DNA from: Girardia tigrina
Taxonomy: Eukaryota
NCBI GenBank assembly: GCA_001938485.1
Contig: MQRK01167228.1
Coordinates: forward strand, 1 to 64,000
Direction: 5' to 3'
DNA: 64,000 nt
Shown: one piece after another, positions 60,066-64,000 of the stretch
Layout: every line of letters starts with the position of its first letter
Position numbering within the stretch: the stretch's first letter is position 1
Notes under the pieces: generated by a model
The model's input: only the letters and a program-made list of their open reading frames with translations
Told to the model about the DNA's origin: nothing
Database searches by the model: none
Position numbers and translations under genes: made by a program

Positions 60066-63000
60066 TAGTTCTATAATTTTACTTTCAATTACTGTTATCA
60101 TTACCCTCGATTAGATTAGTACTTATTTAGACCATCTCTATTTGTGTCATAAAAATAGATTTAACGAATAACTTAACTAAATTGGATCTCTTATTTTCTT
60201 ATTTTATTTCTCTAAATTCTTTCGATTGGTAATTATTTCAACCTTAACTAAATAGCGAATTGAATTAGAAAATGACAATCAACGAATAAATAAAAAGTTT
60301 TAATTATTATTAAAATGATAATCCACGAAGATATAAAAAGTTTTAAGCATTAGTAAAATACAAAAATTAGTTATCCCAAGATTAGAATTATCAAAATTTT
60401 CTCGTTTGTTTTACCGGATCAATTCTAATCTCAACGTCGTGTTGATAAACCGAATTTCAATAACATCTATTCCTCATTTTTCGATCAAACGGATTTGTAC
60501 ATCGGTGTCGTTAGATCGTTCGATATGAACAGATTCGCGGTCCTATTCCGCCGAGAACCGATTGAAAGAACCGAGGCCCTCATTGAAAGATTCCATCGAT
60601 ATCGTCATTATATTGATGATGATTGGGCTCGTGTGGACCCCTTCTCTCTCTAGCGATTCGATCGCGGGTAAATTATTTTGGGGCATGTAAAAATATGAAG
60701 GACGGCGGCGGCGACGGCTGGGAATTACTGTTCGACTATGGTTCTAATAGACGTGGAACTGTGTCCTTATTGGCCCCCAATAGAATCACTTTCAAGCAAG
60801 TTAATATTCATAATTAAACGCAACTAATAGTAAAAAAAATTCAATGATAAAATCACTTTATTATGGGTATAAAACAACAATCGGCTAAAACTTATTAATT
60901 CAATTAATAATTAGCAAAAATAGAAGGTGATCAAATACATAGAATTAAAGCTAAAGATTTACAGCAGTGATGTGGTTCTCCGGTGGCTTGTTACTCAACT
61001 CGATTTGCGGTGAGATTTCCGTTTCGCTCGTCGGCGCGTCATTCGATTGAAGCGCTATTGGTAAACTCGTCCTAAGGTTCGGGTTTCTCTATCTCGGTGT
61101 CTTGCACTCGTTGCTCGATAGGTAACGAATCATCGTAGGTCTCGATTTATTGAAATCACTCGTATCCGTTTGTTGTCTCTTCGTGCATTTTCTCGTTCGG
61201 TTTTTCTTTGTGTGTTTTTTGTCGTGAAGTCGTCTCAAAGATGTAACGGCAGTAATGGCAATATTAATAATCGATTGTTCGAAATTCAAACTGTCTCTCT
61301 GTTCAAAAATGACTCTTCTCTTATACTAGGGTGATGCAACCCTGTCGATTCTTCTTGGCCAATCATCTGGTGCCAACCGATTGTCTAGAGTTTTCTATGA
61401 TGCAGATTAGTCAATCCGGGTAAGTGTGTCTCTAAAAGATTTTTCAAAATTTAAAACTTTTTATTTTACTATAGGAATTGGTGTCAGTGTGTCGCTGCAT
61501 GCTCTAAAATTCTTAGAGTTCATGTGCGGGTGAGTCAAATGGAGGCGTCAGCTGGTGTCTATTATTGGACTTATTGCTGACTCATGGTAACTTTTTAGTT
61601 AAGCTTTGTTCTTATTTATTAATTTGTATATCTTTACAGGGTTATATATTCTCAGGGGAGTACATCAGAATCTTGCGGGTTTCATTCAGGAATTGGCCTC
61701 ACAAGGGGCTATGTGGGGAGGGTAACTTTATTAATTTCGGGCTCATTTTTAATTAATTTTTTCTTTTTTAGGGTCTATAACTTCTTTTCGGAAAATATTA
61801 CGATCTCGCGGGTTTCGAAATTGGATCACCCGTGCGACGGCCTTTCGGAAGAGGGTCAGTTGTTTTCTTTCGACCACTGGGTGAGCCTTGATATAACTTT
61901 TTATTCTTTCTTATTTATACGGTTATTTTAGTCTCCAAACATCTCAATGCCGTTCGTTGGAATCACAAGGGACTTTACAGGTGTCGTGCCGCAACATATG
62001 TATTTGTCATGTGTTAAATATATGTATTACATCTACTTGTCCTTTTTCTTTTCTTTGTCATTTTGCAATTTCTTTAATGCTTATCGTTTATAAGGGATTT
62101 GTATTTGAATTCTCGACCGCAACTACTCAATATTGGACCGTAACAATAGTTTATCTAACTGTGTCTTAGAAGATTAGACGCATGTTACAATGTTGCCAAT
62201 GTGAGGAATATTTTCGAATCATATAGGTCATATTCTGCATTTGGTATGTAATTTTAGAGAGGTGCAGCTGCAACCAGATGGCAGCTTTATATTCTAAATT
62301 TTTCAAAAAATATTCGCATACAATTTCAAAATTTTAAAATTAAATTTATTAGGAATAATTTAATATTAAAAAATCTGTCAATTAAAATTAATGGACATAT
62401 TAACAACATCAATATGAGTTTTACAACATTTATTAATATCACAAGCGCATTCTCTATTTGACATTTTTCTTGATCGATATATTTCTGAGTTCATACTAAT
62501 TATTTTCAATAAATGAAAATCTGTTAATAAAAATTATTAATTATAAAGAATCTAATTGGTTAAAATTAAATCTAAACATTTTTTTAAAAAAGAACATATT
62601 AAATTAATCTATTAAAATTTTAAATCACATTCAAAAATTATTTTAAATCTTTTTTACTTTAAAATTAAATTAAATTATTTTTAATTAGTAGGAATCAAAG
62701 AAAATACCAATCATCCAACTGTGTAGGAGATGTACATTCCGAATCAACATACAACATGCACAATATCAACACACAATTCAAAACATTCCTCACAGGACAT
62801 AAACTAAATTTTTTAAAAAAATTGAGTAAGCGTAAGTGTTATATAATAATAAAAATTTCCATAAAAATAATCATAATTTGATAAAATATTGATTCTGGAG
62901 CAAAAAACAATCACAGAGCGAATGAATATTTGCCATAAATAATATACAGACTTTGGTCATTTGTTACTGATACAATTTGAAGATTTTCGATCTCTTAAAC

Positions 63001-63805
63001 GATCTACTTCTCACACGCGATCGAATTTTATCGGTATTTCAGAACTTTTACGATAACTATTAACAAGTGGTTCATTTGACGTAAATCGCGAACTATTAAC
63101 GTAATTGGAGTTTTTTCCATCGAGCATGGTTTGACCGTCTACAACTTTACTAAGATCATATATATGATGAAATGATCACGGATTACATGGTGATGCACGA
63201 ATTCTGAGATATATGAACTGGATATTCGGACGAAATTTTGTTTGTACAAAATTTAACCGATGTTGATTATTGAGAATTAATTTATTGTTTCGAATGGCCA
63301 TCAGGGACGCGAATCCCCATGCGAGACACGAGGTACGTTATGTTTTGACAAAATAATAATTTGTACAATAATTTATTATTAAAAAACTTTTTTGTAAATT
63401 ATAAAATCAAATTAATATTATAAAATGATAATTAGTAATTTTAATTTTAAGTAATATCATTTATAGTAAATATTTGTAAAAGAAAATGTATGTTCAAATT
63501 AGTTCAGATTCTGGGATTAAAAGTATGAAACTTTAATCGATGAATATGAGTGAGAGCACTAATACTGATTGTCATAAAGATGATATAAATTGTAATCGTA
63601 ATACATGTGAGTTCTCTTAATAGTCCTTTCGTAAAACTCTATTCTTTACTTTTTGTATAAAACTAATTTTTTTGAAAAAGAAAGATTATATTGATTACCA
63701 GCACTATGTTCCTAAACATTTAATTTTTATACTCTTTTGATAAATCTTTGCTCTTTACTACCTTTCTAAAAACCTATTTTTTTCGAAAAATAAAAAATAT
63801 CACAT

Positions 63806-64000
63806 TTATGTATACTTTCTCTTAGTTAACACACCGAAAAACGAATTCTCTTCCTTTTCCAATCTATTTGCACGATTTTCTAGAATTTCAAATTCCAAAT
63901 CTTCGATCGACTCTTCGGTCAACAGTCTGTCATGTGGCAACATCAATTTACTCAAATCCAATCGACTTCCATCGAGTGCTTGCAACAGTTTCGCTGTCAA
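63806..64000 (-). CDS. 3' end of an ORF running off the window, product unknown
   Basis: Open 64-codon frame with protein-like composition, ending in TAA. No motif recognised; it could be another captured fragment. Confidence 0.35.
   Translation of the reverse strand: MTAKLLQALDGSRLDLSKLMLPHDRLLTEESIEDLEFEILENRANRLEKEENSFFGVLTKRKYT

Noticed and set aside
60420-60700. Stop-codon reassignment as an explanation for interrupted coding-like patches
   Set aside because: TMX2, RBM22 and UBAC1 read cleanly in the standard code and end in TAG or TAA, and the patches contain all three stop codons.

Overview
AT-rich eukaryotic (metazoan-like) scaffold with three assembly gaps, dominated by decayed and nested transposons. 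Three host genes are recognisable, all on the minus strand: intronless TMX2 (6749-7558), intronless RBM22/Cwc2 (18565-19749) and an 8-exon UBAC1/KPC2 (55425-44205). UBAC1 has five 51-76 nt introns and two transposon-filled introns of 3.5 and 6.3 kb. Mobile DNA includes mariner, Tc1, pogo/Tigger, hAT, piggyBac-type, Mutator, Helitron, Gypsy, NeSL/R2-type and Penelope-like elements (PLEs); the PLE ends carry minimal hammerhead motifs. The most unusual signal is a set of cargo modules made of broken host-gene fragments (VPS33-like, RRP12-like, others unidentified) carried inside unrelated mobile shells: a 2.7 kb TG...CA insert with a 5-bp target-site duplication (TSD), a hAT shell and a Tigger shell. 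Several modules share a ~110 nt strand-asymmetric GU-rich hairpin motif with conserved end boxes. All protein family calls come from motif recognition by eye; no database search was run.
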